Assembly (NCBI GenBank): GCA_965219415.1
Contig: CBDCNP010000002.1
Coordinates: 1,824,001-1,888,000, forward strand
Length of the DNA: 64,000 bases
Direction: 5' to 3'
Origin: Candidatus Marinacidobacterales bacterium
GTDB taxonomy: Bacteria; Acidobacteriota; Vicinamibacteria; Marinacidobacterales; DATDRI01
Shown: positions 23,384 to 34,211 of the stretch, one piece after another
How positions within the stretch are numbered: the first letter of the stretch is position 1
How the letters are laid out: each line of letters begins with the position of its first letter
Position numbers and translations under genes: made by a program
The notes under the pieces: model-generated
What the model was told of the DNA's origin: nothing
What the model saw: only the letters and a program-made list of their open reading frames with translations
The model's database searches: none

Positions 23384-24919
23384 ATGAAGTCGATCATCAT
23401 TGTGGGTTCCGGCGTGGCCGGCGCGTCGTTGGCAAGACAGCTGCTCGAAACAGGAAACGACTATCAGATTACGATGTTTGAGGCTGGGCCTGATTTTGTG
23501 ACGGGCGACTACCGAGTATGGCTCGACTTCCTGATGGCCGGTAAGCGTCCGTATTTGCCGTTTGTCGATGACCCGCGAGCCGAACATGAGCGCTTCGGAC
23601 TTCGCGGTTCGAGGCTGTTCATGAAGGGTGGCACCACCAATCATTGGGGCGGCGAAACCCCCCGCTTCAAGCCCGAAGACTTTGAATTGAAATCCCGCAC
23701 GGGGATCGGAGCTGACTGGCCGATCGACTATGACGCCCTATCCCCGTACTATGCGCGAGCAGAGTTTCTCCTGGGAATCGAAGGAGATTCTGGCAACGAC
23801 GACCCACCGCGGCATGGCCTCAAATATCCGTTCCCTCCAACGCCGTACACCCTAAACAACATGACCTTAATTAAAACACTTGAGAGTCTCGGTATGTCCT
23901 ACTCCCACATGCCGCTGGCGAGGAACGGCGACAAGTGCATAACAACGGGAACCTGTGATTATTGTCCGGTTAACGCCCGCTATACCGCTACTTTCGATCT
24001 TATGATGCTGCAGAACGAGTATGGCAGCAAGCTGGACCTCCGGACGGAAGCACCGGTACTGAAGATATGGATGGATGGAAAGAAACGCACCCGAGGGGTA
24101 CGTTTCTTGAATCGCGAGACAGGCGATCTCGAACTGATGGAATGCGACGCTGTGGTCGTCTGCAGCGGCATCGTCGAGTCCACCAAACTCCTGCTCGCGT
24201 CTGCCAGCACGGATTGGCCAGACGGCATCGGCAACGATTCAGGACATCTTGGCAGACATTTGGTGGGCCATCCGGTTTTCTCTGTTAGCGGCGTTCGGCT
24301 AGGTAATCCCGACCGGTTCCATCAAGAGCTTATCGGCATGGTTTCGCTGGTAAGCCGGCATTTTGATACACCGGACTACCAGCGGGAAGGCAAAATGCTG
24401 TTTACCATGAGTGACGGTAGCACCACCCCCCTGGAACGACACATTCTTTCAAACGTGTCACGGGCCGATATTGATGCGCAAATGACCTCGGAGATGCCGC
24501 TCTCACTAGGGGGCGCTATGGAACAGTTTGAAAGCCCCGAAAACCGGGTGAGCCTGGGCACTGGCACGACGAGGCACGGTCTGGCGACAACAGAAATAGA
24601 GTTCGGTGTCAATGAAATCACCCAAGAGTCCCACCGGGCGCATACGCAGACTCTGGCTGGGGTTCTGAAAGCGGCTGGCTGTAAAGAGGACAGCATTCGA
24701 ATCCGTCTCGGAAATCCGGATGGCGCCCACGCCACCTCGACCTGTCGCATGAGCGGCTCCGACTCCGATGGCGTCGTTGATCGCAACTTGCAGGTTCACG
24801 GCACGGACAGTCTCTACGTGTGCTCCAACGCCGTTTTTCCCAACGTGGCTGCAGCGAATCCCACCCTAACGGTGGCAGCGTTCGCTGTGCGGCTAGCCGA
24901 ACATATTGACGCGGCATGA
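23384..24919 (+). CDS. GMC-family FAD oxidoreductase
   Basis: IIIVGSGVAG, KGGTTNHWGG, DWPIDYDALSPYY, HATSTCRM, NPTLTVAA. Confidence 0.92.
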   Translation: MKSIIIVGSGVAGASLARQLLETGNDYQITMFEAGPDFVTGDYRVWLDFLMAGKRPYLPFVDDPRAEHERFGLRGSRLFMKGGTTNHWGGETPRFKPEDFELKSRTGIGADWPIDYDALSPYYARAEFLLGIEGDSGNDDPPRHGLKYPFPPTPYTLNNMTLIKTLESLGMSYSHMPLARNGDKCITTGTCDYCPVNARYTATFDLMMLQNEYGSKLDLRTEAPVLKIWMDGKKRTRGVRFLNRETGDLELMECDAVVVCSGIVESTKLLLASASTDWPDGIGNDSGHLGRHLVGHPVFSVSGVRLGNPDRFHQELIGMVSLVSRHFDTPDYQREGKMLFTMSDGSTTPLERHILSNVSRADIDAQMTSEMPLSLGGAMEQFESPENRVSLGTGTTRHGLATTEIEFGVNEITQESHRAHTQTLAGVLKAAGCKEDSIRIRLGNPDGAHATSTCRMSGSDSDGVVDRNLQVHGTDSLYVCSNAVFPNVAAANPTLTVAAFAVRLAEHIDAA

Positions 24920-24956
24920 CTCGTTGCCCCATGGTTGGCGAGAGGGAGGATCATTC

Positions 24957-25529
24957 ATGCCACTGACACGGGACAAAGCTTGGCAACACCTTTGTGAATG
25001 GACCCAGACGGATTCGCTCCGCAAGCACGCACGGGCGGTGGAAATTGTCATGCGGCAAGCCGCACACCGCTACGGGCCGGGTGTGGATGGGGAAGAGAAA
25101 TGGGGGATCGCCGGCATGTTGCACGATGGGGACTACGAGCAGTGGCCCGAAGATCATCCCAACCGCATCGTCGCCTGGCTCCGTGAGCGCGGTGAAGAGG
25201 AGCTCGCCTACGCCATCTCCGCTCACTATACGAAGTGGAACGTTCCCTACAAGAGTCAGCTCGATCGCAGTCTCCTCGCCTGCGACGAGCTCACCGGCTT
25301 CATCGTTGCAAGCTGCCTCGTCCGCCCGGATGGCGTCCACACGATCGCCCCGAAAAGCGTCCGGAAGAAACTCAAGGACAAGGCGTTCGCTGCCAAGGTC
25401 GAGCGCGCGGAGGTTCACGCTGGTGTCGAGTTGCTCGGCGTGGATCTGTCCGAGCATATTCAGTTCATCATCGATGCTCTGAAGCCGCACGCCGAGGAAC
25501 TCGGAATCGGCGGAAGGGGTGCCGCCTAG
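24957..25529 (+). CDS. HD-superfamily (HDIG-like) hydrolase
   Basis: LRKHARAVE, GMLHDGDYE, LLACDELTGFI, KSVRKKLKDKAFAA. Confidence 0.88.
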   Translation: MPLTRDKAWQHLCEWTQTDSLRKHARAVEIVMRQAAHRYGPGVDGEEKWGIAGMLHDGDYEQWPEDHPNRIVAWLRERGEEELAYAISAHYTKWNVPYKSQLDRSLLACDELTGFIVASCLVRPDGVHTIAPKSVRKKLKDKAFAAKVERAEVHAGVELLGVDLSEHIQFIIDALKPHAEELGIGGRGAA

Positions 25530-25598
25530 CAACTAGCCGGCGCTAGTTCTTTCGCCTTCGCTCTAGCAATTGCCCGAGCCATGCGGCGGCCAGAATCT

Positions 25599-26193
25599 GC
25601 CTTGGTGCACAACTCCGATAGAGGCCGAGAGCTCGCTTGGCCCCGACTCCCATCATCCGATCATCTCGCTATCAGGCATCCCGAGCGCCGTCATGGTGTT
25701 GAGAATCTTGCATCCGATCCTTGCCTCACCTCTCTGTGCCGCCAACCCTCTCGCTCGCATCGCTGAGCCCACGATAGCCTTGTAGCGATGGAACGTTGTC
25801 TCGACTTTGCTCCGTTTGCTGTAGCCCGATTCTGTGTGCCACTTTCGTTTGCCGAGCCGAGCTTGTGCTGCAATGTTGCGATTGCGCTGTCGGCTGCTCG
25901 CCGGCCCCGATGCGAGCAGGGCGCCCTTGCGCGGCGGTATCAGCACCCTCGGCGAGCGATGAGCGCTGTGATTCTCGATTGCCTCATAGACGCCGCCGGC
26001 GTCGTATGCGGTGTCAGCTCTGGCCGATGAGATGGGACTGTCGATCTGTCCGACAAGCGATGCAACCCGCGATGAATCGCGGGCTCTTTTGCTCGTCAGC
26101 TCGCCGGCGACGACTTCGCCACTCTGCTCGTCGACACACAGATGGAGCTTGCGATAGTCCCTGCTCTTTTGTGCTCTGCGCAGCTGGCCGGCG
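25599..26193 (-). pseudogene. IS5-family (IS903-like) transposase 3' half with right end, cut by MITE-B
   Basis: RKLHLCVD, ADTAYD, IPPRK, SGYSKRSKVETTFHRYK, LNTMTALGMPDS. Confidence 0.88.
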
Positions 26194-26359
26194 GGTGCTT
26201 GCGCCATTTACTGTTGGTGATGTGTGCGCATCCCTTTGCAAAAGAGGCGCTTACGCTCCATTTAGCGCGCAGCGAAGGTCACGAGCGCTATTTTGACTGT
26301 AATTTAATGCACTATAAAGTCTTAGCGTCATCTCAGCAACACTTGATGGCGGAAGCACC
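26194..26359 (-). mobile_element. MITE-B
   Basis: GGTGCTTGCGC...CAACACTTGATGGCGGAAGCACC. Confidence 0.9.
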
Positions 26360-26730
26360 CTATCACACGGAACGGAATCACTAAGGTCTCGGCAACGAGC
26401 TCCTCACACCTCTGCCGGGCAAGCGCGAATGACGCTGGCCCCATCGTGTCGCGAGAGCGACTTTGGGGCATTCTCAACTACTACTGCCGTGCCGCGTAGA
26501 TGGTTTTGCTGGCGACGGTAGCTCCTCGGTGCGCTCGACCGGCGTAGCGTGGAAACCGCTTCAGGAACACGCTTCGATATTCGCTCTCGACTAGGTGGTA
26601 ATCTGCATGGTGACGACCCACCCGCCCAAGACGATTGTAAAGCCCACGGCCCTTGGCCCGGTCGTAAACATAGACACCAAGTTGCTGATTTATGGCCTAT
26701 TTCAAAAGGGCCGAGTTTTGGCACAGGACG
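26360..26730 (+). pseudogene. rve/IS481-like transposase tail, 3' non-coding region and right end (family A parent)
   Basis: YHTERNH..GLGNEL...GILNYYCRAA*; ends GAGTTTTGGCACAGGACG; homologous to 31039-31426 and 34961-35105. Confidence 0.85.
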
Positions 26731-26969
26731 AGGTGGAGGACCGCGATATGCGTCTCCATCGCGCGCAATCGAGGGGACGGCGGTTCGGGGTCCACTTTGT
26801 TGGAATGACCCTCGTTCGCGCGTGGCCCGAAGCCCGAAAAGAGTGAGGTCGAATCGGCGACGGGACGAAAGTGTAGCCCTGGGGGCTGTTCTGGAGGGAC
26901 TCCAAGCAGGCCGGTGCGCCGGTCTTGAGTGCGTTTGTGTTTTTGGACACGAGACGGGAGCCCTCCCCC

Positions 26970-29855
26970 TTACATGCCTCCCCACCGGTAGTTGAGGCGC
27001 GTGTAGAAGTAGGCGCCATTGAAGCCAAACGGTGAGAACTGGCCGTATTGATTGCCGACCGTATCGGCGCCGAACATGTTCACGTCGGGGTACGTGTTCA
27101 GCACGTTTTCACCGCCGACCGCCAGGGTGACGGCATCTCCGAGCGGAATGCCGAGTTCGAGGTCGAGCAATGCCTTGCCGGAATAGGCCGGGTACAGCGA
27201 AGGCGCCGCCGGTCCGCCAGCGATATCGACGGCATTCCGTCCATCCTCGCTGTCCCAGAACTGGCCGAAGTAGTTCAGCCTGCCCATCAGGCTCCAGCGG
27301 TCGGCGCGGTGGATGATGCTGGCGTTCCATCGGGTATTCGGTAATCCCCGTTCTAGCGTGTTGATGCGGAATTCATCGATCACGGCGCTCTCGATATTAT
27401 TGACCGCTGTGTCCGTGTAGTTGAAGACCGCGCTCACCGTCGTGCGCCCGACCGCCAGGCTCGAAATCAAGTCTAGACCCTGGGTCGTCGTCGAGAAGTC
27501 GTTCAGGAAGAACCGGAACACCGGGAAATTCCGCGCCTCGGGAATCCCTTCCTCGAGCAGCGTCAGGATCTCGGGCTCCGACAGCTCGATTTCCTGTGAC
27601 AGGGCGACACGATCGTCGATATTGATCCGGAAGTAGTCGGCGGTGAAAGTGAACGGGCCCTGCTCGACGACCACGCCCGCGCTAACGTTGAGTGATTTTT
27701 CAGGCTGGAGCTGCCCGCCGCCACGCGCGATGGCCACCGCAGAGGTAGCCGGGACGACGCCGTTGTTAGTCAACTGCCCGCCGATGAACGCGGTCGTCAC
27801 GTTGAACGCGTGCTGCTGCCCGGGGGTCGGCGCCCGGAACCCGCTGCTCACCGCGCCGCGCAGCGAGAAAGCTTCAGTCAGTTCGACACGCGCCGCGAGC
27901 TTACCGTTCGTCGTCGTGCCGAAGTCCTCGAAGTTCTCGAACCGGACAGCCGTGCCGACTGTCCACTGGCCGCCCGGGTCGTTGAACTCGACGTCCCCGT
28001 AAACTGCCACGTTGCTGCGGCTCCAGCTGCCCGCCGTCGTGTCAGCCCGGTAGCCGTTGAAGCCGTTCGACCCGGAGCTAAAGCCCTGGGCGGCATACGG
28101 GCCGATCTCCCACGACGGCTGCCCGCCCGCGCCGATCGTGAACTGCTCGTCGCGCCACTCCGTGCCGCCCGCGACGTTCACCATGTCGCTGACCGGGTAC
28201 GAGACGTCGAAGTTGACGTTGACGTCGTGCTGCTGGTAGCTGCCGGGCTTGAACGACGTTGGCGTTTCGTAGCCGAGCGACGCGTTGACCGTATCAAAGA
28301 TGAACTGATCGACTTTGCTGGTGCCGATGTTGATGCTCGCGTCCCAATTGAGGCCGGTGCTTGAGAGCCGGCGCAGGCCGGCGACCGCCGAATGGTCGAT
28401 GAGGTCCCCGCCGAACTGCGGCGTGAACCCGCCGGGGAACCGGCTGTAGAGCGTGAAGCAGTTCGGGTCGGCCTCGACCTGCTGGAGGGCCGCCGCATCG
28501 GGGACGTTGCCGATGATCGGGACCGCGGGGCACCCGCCGGCACCCTTGACGCCGGTCTCGGCCCAGACCCGGTCGCCGACGAGCAGGGTCGGGAGGCCAT
28601 CGACCACCGGGCCGCGGAAGACCCCGCCGCGGGTATGCGGATTCCGAAAGTAGAAGCCGCCAGTCACCGTGCGGCTCGCGTAGTTGGTGTGGCCGTAGAG
28701 TTGCAATTGGTTCGCAAACAAATGGCCGAAGTTGCCGAACAGCTTCAGGTCGTCCTCAAGTCTCGGCGATCCCCAGACCTGGGCCGGGTTGCGAAGGTTC
28801 GTATTGCCGGCCGCGATGATGCTCTGCGCATCCGTGCGCTGAATGCTGCGGTTGGTCGGCCCGGCGTTGCCGTACTCCAGGCTGAGGTTCACGAACCCAG
28901 TCGTGCCGAGCGGCAGTCCGGCATTCCCGGCGACCGTGAACGCCTGCCCCCGGCCGCCGATCCCGTTGCAGGAATGCTTGATGTCGCCGATGATGCCATC
29001 CCCGCAGGTGGACAGGCTACCCGGGTTCGCATCGCGGTAAGCGCCTGTGCGGAACTCCAGGCTGCCGCCCGAACGGGCATCCTTGAGCTGGAAGTTCATG
29101 ACGCCGGCGATGGCATCCGAGCCATATTGCGCCGCCGCGCCGTCGCGCAGCACCTCGGCCTGCCGAATCGCAATCGAGGGGATGACGGAGAGATCCGGTC
29201 CCTGCGAGCCGTCCGCAATGCCGTTGCCGAGCCAGGTGATGACCGCCGCGCGGTGGCGGCGCTTGCCGTTGACCAGGATCAGCGTGTGATCGGGCGCCAA
29301 ATTGCGCAGGTTCACTGGCCGGACGATGGTCGCCGCGTCACTAATCGGTTGAATGCTAACGTTGAACGAGGGGATGACGGTCCGCAACTGCTCAGCTAGA
29401 TCCGTACTGCCCTGGCTGACGAAATCCTCGCTTCGGATGACGTCGACCGGCACGGTCGAGTCGGTCACCGAACGAGGCCGAGCACGGGTTCCGACAACGA
29501 CCACCAGCTCTTCGAACCCCCCGACCGTCATCTCCACGTGGATGGAGGCCGTGGCGTCGGCGCTCACCTCCACCACCTGCGCGGGCGCGGTGAAGCCAGA
29601 AAGGGTGAACGTCACGTCGTACGTCCCCGGGGCGAGTCCGCTGAACGTGAACTGACCGGTCCCGTCGGTAACCGTCACCTGCCCGCTGCCCGCCGCGCCC
29701 CGCGCTTCCACGGTGACGCCGGGGAGAATGCCACCCGTGGCGTCGGTAACCGTCCCGGACATCGTCGCGTCCTGGGCGTTGGCGTCGCCAGGTGCGTACA
29801 CGACGGCCGCGAAAACCAGTGAAAGGAAAGCCTGTCTTTGATTGTGAAGTGTCAA
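26970..29855 (-). CDS. TonB-dependent receptor with N-terminal carboxypeptidase-regulatory-like domain
   Basis: SGTVTDATGGILPGVTV, VVVVGTR, LILVNGKRRH, EVLRDGAAAQYGSDAIAGVMN, GFNGAYFYTRLNYRW. Confidence 0.95.
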   Translation of the reverse strand: MTLHNQRQAFLSLVFAAVVYAPGDANAQDATMSGTVTDATGGILPGVTVEARGAAGSGQVTVTDGTGQFTFSGLAPGTYDVTFTLSGFTAPAQVVEVSADATASIHVEMTVGGFEELVVVVGTRARPRSVTDSTVPVDVIRSEDFVSQGSTDLAEQLRTVIPSFNVSIQPISDAATIVRPVNLRNLAPDHTLILVNGKRRHRAAVITWLGNGIADGSQGPDLSVIPSIAIRQAEVLRDGAAAQYGSDAIAGVMNFQLKDARSGGSLEFRTGAYRDANPGSLSTCGDGIIGDIKHSCNGIGGRGQAFTVAGNAGLPLGTTGFVNLSLEYGNAGPTNRSIQRTDAQSIIAAGNTNLRNPAQVWGSPRLEDDLKLFGNFGHLFANQLQLYGHTNYASRTVTGGFYFRNPHTRGGVFRGPVVDGLPTLLVGDRVWAETGVKGAGGCPAVPIIGNVPDAAALQQVEADPNCFTLYSRFPGGFTPQFGGDLIDHSAVAGLRRLSSTGLNWDASINIGTSKVDQFIFDTVNASLGYETPTSFKPGSYQQHDVNVNFDVSYPVSDMVNVAGGTEWRDEQFTIGAGGQPSWEIGPYAAQGFSSGSNGFNGYRADTTAGSWSRSNVAVYGDVEFNDPGGQWTVGTAVRFENFEDFGTTTNGKLAARVELTEAFSLRGAVSSGFRAPTPGQQHAFNVTTAFIGGQLTNNGVVPATSAVAIARGGGQLQPEKSLNVSAGVVVEQGPFTFTADYFRINIDDRVALSQEIELSEPEILTLLEEGIPEARNFPVFRFFLNDFSTTTQGLDLISSLAVGRTTVSAVFNYTDTAVNNIESAVIDEFRINTLERGLPNTRWNASIIHRADRWSLMGRLNYFGQFWDSEDGRNAVDIAGGPAAPSLYPAYSGKALLDLELGIPLGDAVTLAVGGENVLNTYPDVNMFGADTVGNQYGQFSPFGFNGAYFYTRLNYRWGGM

Positions 29856-30157
29856 TGCTTATCCCTCCATTATTTATCCTTCCATTTACCGCTTCGCATC
29901 GCTAGAAAAGCCGACGGCCTGTTTCGTCTACAGCTGGGGTATTGTCAAGTTTTAGAAAAACTCCACGGATCAACTTCCAAGATGATGGGCTCGCATTCTG
30001 TCGTAAACCCGGCATATTTGGGTCGGTCAGCCCGATTCTGCTTAACTTGATTGGAAGCGCCAACCCAGTAACCCGAAAACACCGTTTGGGGCCGCCCACC
30101 ACCATCCGGGGGAGCGTATCACTTCCACAAGTTATTTTAAATGATACTCTTTTTCTA

Positions 30158-30324
30158 GGTGCTTCCGCCATTAAGTGTTGGTGAGATGATGCTAAGACGT
30201 TACGCTGCATTTAATTACCAGTCAAAATAGCGCTCGTGACCTTCGCCGCGCATTAAATGGAGCGTAAACGCCTCTTTTGCAACGGGATGCGTGCACATCA
30301 CCAACAGTAAACAGCGCAAGCACC
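30158..30324 (+). mobile_element. MITE-B
   Basis: Full copy. Confidence 0.9.
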
Positions 30325-30386
30325 CCGAACGGCGGGTAGTGGGGTCTTTGCGTTTAGGCATGGTCAGGATACTGCCAGACGGAGAG

Positions 30387-30482
30387 GGCGCGAAATACCC
30401 TGGATTTTGCGCGGATTCCAAGGGCGTCTAAGCTGCTGATTTTGTGGGCTATTTCAAAAGGGCCGAGTTTTGGCACAGGACG
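30387..30482 (+). mobile_element. MITE-A right part
   Basis: GGCGCGAAATACCCTGG...TTTTGGCACAGGACG. Confidence 0.85.
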
Positions 30483-30623
30483 GGATACACGGCAGGCGCC
30501 AACATTTGACTGCGGAAGCACCCGAGTTCCATTCTTCGCCGCTGTACGCTACTAGGTGGAGGACCGCGATATGCGTCTCCATCGCGCGCAATCGACCGAG
30601 AGAACGACGGCATAGCCTGTGAG

Positions 30624-30789
30624 GGTGCTTGCGCTGTTTGCTGTTGGTAATGTGTACGTATCCCTTTGCAAAAAAAGCGCTTACGCTCCATTTAGCGCAC
30701 GGCGAAGGTCGTGAGCGCTATTTTGGCTGTAATTTAATGCAGCGTAAAGTCTTAGCGTCATCTCACCAACACTTAATAGCGGAAGCACC
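30624..30789 (-). mobile_element. MITE-B
   Basis: Full reverse-orientation copy. Confidence 0.9.
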
Positions 30790-31562
30790 GGTAGAGTCAC
30801 CGGCGATGGGCAAAGTGAGAGCCATTCCAAAGGTCGGTGGTCTCCATCATCATTACACTCGACGCGCTGCTTGAGCCGACCCGCTCGGAACGGCTGCCGG
30901 ACTTCGCACCAGCTTACACCTCTACCCCTGAGTAGAGCCGACGCCGGCTCTTAAAACGTCCTACATGAAGACGACCAAAGCATTCCGGTTGCAGGAAGTT
31001 CGCCAATCTCATACAGCTCGAGTTTATGGAAGGGACAGGTAACCGAATACGTAGTGCACTATCACACAGAACGGAACCATCAAGGTCTCGGCAACGAGCT
31101 CATCACACCTCTGCCGGCAAGCGCGAATGACGCTGGCCCCATCGTGTCGCGAGAGCGACTTGGGGGCATTCTCAACTACTACTGCCGTGCCACGTAGATG
31201 GTCGCCGGCGACGGTAGCCCCTCGGCGGGCTCGACCGGCGTAGCGTGGAAACAGCTTCAGGAACACGCTTGGATATTCGCTCTCGACTAGGTGGTCATCT
31301 GCATGGTGACGACCCGCCCGCCCAAGACGATTGTGAAGCCCACGGCCCTTGGCCCGGTCGCAAACACAGACACTAAGTTTCTGATTTATGGCCTATTTCA
31401 AAAGGGCCGAGTTTTGGCACAGGACGGGATTGAGACATCTGCTATTCTTCACTTCGGCTCGGCCCTGACGATGAGAGAACTGTGTCTTCAGAATTCTGGT
31501 TCAAACTCTAGCACGGCGAACGGGTTACGCGGCGGCCACCAACACTTGATGGCGGAAGCACC
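30790..31562. mobile_element. Chain of remnants: family-H tail, family-G end (to ~31038), family-A tail and right end (to 31426), IS1-like left end inverted (to 31562)
   Basis: KVGGLHHHYTRRAA*; GAGTTTATGGAAGGGACA; HYHTERNHQGLGN; reverse complement of 20044-20177. Confidence 0.82.
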
Positions 31563-31762
31563 GCCGGTCGTGATCGTCAATTCACTGTCCGGGAAACCGG
31601 GACCACTACAAGGGGAACTCGATCAGAGAAACGAAGATCGTCCGCTAGACCATAAAATATCAAGGTGGGGAAGTGCGAAACGGCAAGTTGCGCGATGGAA
31701 AGATCATTCACGCTGACACACTATGCTCCTCGCGTCCATGCACCAAAGCAGAGGAAACGTCC

Positions 31763-32581
31763 GTGCCCAAGCCGAAGAAACCCAAGCTGACCTCCAAAAA
31801 GACCGACAAACACATTCTCTATCAGGAGAGCGTCCAAACTCCAGAGGAGGACGCGAAGTTCTTCTCCAGATACTTCAAGAAGTACACCGGCTCAAGCCTC
31901 CGGATATTTCGCGAGGATTTCTGCGGGACCGCGATTCTCTCGTGCGAGTTCGTGAAGCAGAGTCGCAACAACTTCGCTCTGGGTGTGGATCTCGACGAGG
32001 CGACCTTGAAGTGGGCGCGCGACCACAACGTGAGTGCTCTTGGAGCGCATCAACGAGATCGGGTGCAACTCGTTCGGGGAGACGTGCGTGGGGTCAGAGA
32101 CCCCCAAGCGGAGTTGATCGCGGGACTCAACTTCAGCTATTCCGTCTTCAAGACCCGCAAGGATATGGGCGTCTACATCAACAACGCTCATCGCGCGCTC
32201 TTGCCCGGCGGCCTCTTCGTACTCGAAGCCTGGGGCGGCGGTCGGGCTCAGTTCCTGATGAAGGAGCGGAAACGATTCAAGGGGTTTACCTACGTCTGGG
32301 ATCAGGCCGACTTCGATCCCGTGACACACCATATCCTCTGCAAGATTCACTTCGAGTTTCGGGACGGGACCCGCATGAAGAACGCCTTCATCTACGATTT
32401 GCGGCTCTGGACTCTCCCGGAGCTCCGTGAGCTCATGGACGAGGCGGGGTTTTCGGACATCCACGTGCTCTGGGAAGGCACCGACCGCAATACCGGGGAA
32501 GGCAACGGGGTATTCAGGAGAGTCGAGCGTGGCGGCGACGAGGAGGCCTGGATTGCCTACGTCATCGGTCAGAAGCGGTAA
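31763..32581 (+). CDS. Class I SAM-dependent methyltransferase-like protein
   Basis: DKHILYQESVQ, FREDFCGT, LGVDLD, GLNFSY, LLPGGLFVLE. Confidence 0.8.
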   Translation: MPKPKKPKLTSKKTDKHILYQESVQTPEEDAKFFSRYFKKYTGSSLRIFREDFCGTAILSCEFVKQSRNNFALGVDLDEATLKWARDHNVSALGAHQRDRVQLVRGDVRGVRDPQAELIAGLNFSYSVFKTRKDMGVYINNAHRALLPGGLFVLEAWGGGRAQFLMKERKRFKGFTYVWDQADFDPVTHHILCKIHFEFRDGTRMKNAFIYDLRLWTLPELRELMDEAGFSDIHVLWEGTDRNTGEGNGVFRRVERGGDEEAWIAYVIGQKR

Positions 32582-32597
32582 CTCACTTGCAGTAGAG

Positions 32598-32744
32598 TGT
32601 GCCTTCTATTTATTCATCCGCCAGCCCATGAGTCGGAAGTCAGCCCTGCGGCGCGAAATACCCTGGATTCTGCGCGGATTCCAACGGCGTCTAAGCTGCT
32701 GATTTGTGGTCTATTTCAAAAGGGCCGAGTTTTGGCACAGGACG
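32598..32744 (+). mobile_element. MITE-A
   Basis: Full copy. Confidence 0.9.
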
Positions 32745-32823
32745 GGGTCTACGTGATCGGCACAGGCTCTCCTAGCAAAGAACCGGCGCGCCCCCACCAA
32801 GAGTATAAAAGGAGGCAGCCATC

Positions 32824-33789
32824 GTGATGAGAGTAAGAACAGTTTGGACCTGGGGTGTCCCCATCGTTGCGCTACTCCTTGTGGCGGCATGCGCCCGTGA
32901 TTCGAATCCCACTGCCGTGAGTTCGCTACCTCCCAATGTCGATCAAGAGGACGAGGTCCCTGAAGGGAACGAGGCCCCTGAGTCGACCCCGGCGGCAGAG
33001 TTTAGCTGCACGAACGTCGAGATGGTTCGTGCCCGCTTCAGTCGGCCCGGATATGTGGAGCACAACAAAGTCGGGCTCTATGTGTTTTTCCGGGGTATTC
33101 CCGAGGGTGAGAAGCGTCTGCAGATCTGGTGGGACTATCTGGGTCGCCGCGATGTCTCCCGCGACGTTCGGATCGAAAGCGGGGAAGAGATCTTCGAAAA
33201 CGTGCTGGAGCATGTCTACGAGGGATTGACAGAACCAACGACTTTCACGGTCCGTGTCCAGGTCATCGTGGACGGTCTGCGCGGTCAATGTGCCCGCAAT
33301 CGTGAGGTAGACGTACGGCCGCCGCCTTCCGGCGTTCAGACTTCCGGCGTTCAGACCGCCTTCGTCGGACCGGTCGATAACACCATCGGCGACATGCAAA
33401 CCTCCGGCGACTCGCAAACCTCCTATTCCTTCGGCCTGAAATTCACGGTGCTCAGAACGATGACGCTTCGGAGCGTGAGGGTGTATCCGGAAGGGACCGG
33501 AACCCTGGTCGTTCAGATATCAGATGCCGATGGCAATCCGATCGGGTCGAGTTCAGCCGCGATCACGACCCCCGGCGACCAGCGCGTATCGGTTGGGATG
33601 ACGCTTCCACCGGGGGATTATGAGATTAGCCTTACTGGAACATCGCTCTCCCCACCTGGGTTGTCCTGGAATTCTTCCGGGGTAGTGTTTCCTTACACCG
33701 TGCCAGGGGTCGTGAGCATCAACTCGGCGACCGGCGATGTATTGATCGAGTACAACTACTTCTACAACTGGGAAGTGTCGTGGCAGTAG
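32824..33789 (+). CDS. Hypothetical lipoprotein with beta-rich domains
   Basis: AAGGAGG RBS; LVAAC lipobox; ends YNYFYNWEVSWQ. Confidence 0.7.
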   Translation: MMRVRTVWTWGVPIVALLLVAACARDSNPTAVSSLPPNVDQEDEVPEGNEAPESTPAAEFSCTNVEMVRARFSRPGYVEHNKVGLYVFFRGIPEGEKRLQIWWDYLGRRDVSRDVRIESGEEIFENVLEHVYEGLTEPTTFTVRVQVIVDGLRGQCARNREVDVRPPPSGVQTSGVQTAFVGPVDNTIGDMQTSGDSQTSYSFGLKFTVLRTMTLRSVRVYPEGTGTLVVQISDADGNPIGSSSAAITTPGDQRVSVGMTLPPGDYEISLTGTSLSPPGLSWNSSGVVFPYTVPGVVSINSATGDVLIEYNYFYNWEVSWQ

Positions 33790-33869
33790 TTGACGTGGGC
33801 GTTGGGTTGCAGCTACTCCGAGTCCGGGCGGCATCCAACTCGAGCGGGTCCAGCTTTTGCTATTCCAGA

Positions 33870-34115
33870 GGTGCTTCCGCAATCAAGTGTTGGTGGCTGC
33901 CGCGTAACCCGCTCGCGTGCTAGAGTTTGGGCCTGATTTGGATAGATGCAAGTTCTTTCGGCGATACCGGCTGGGCTGACCACGCGGTGCCTGACGTTCA
34001 GGGACATCTTCGTGTGCACGCCGACATCCTTAATTTATGGCGTTCGCCGACACAGGCAGGCCAACTGATATTAGCATTCAAACGCGGCGTAGCAACACTT
34101 GATGGCGGAAGCATC
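33870..34115 (+). mobile_element. Internally deleted IS1-like element (246 bp)
   Basis: Both TIRs present; inside resembles the AGLTTRRLTFRDIF tail of 20044-21244. Confidence 0.8.
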
Positions 34116-34211
34116 CTTATGATGAGGTATGAGAGAAGAGGACGACCTTCATCGCCGCGGCGATCTAACCCTTCTTGAACGCTGCAGTGTGAGCCACTCC
34201 AGGAGGTAACG

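Noticed and set aside
29937-30149. Possible IS256-like mini-element (GGGGTATTGTCAAG...ATGATACTC)
   Set aside because: The left part resembles the 61569 end and 13286, but the inverted repeat is too weak to call
30629-30874. Recurrent small ORFs such as MRCLLLVMCTYPFAKK... and ...SKLLICGLFQKG as a protein family
   Set aside because: They are translations of MITE-B and MITE-A; copies differ by many non-synonymous changes and one MITE-B copy is frameshifted
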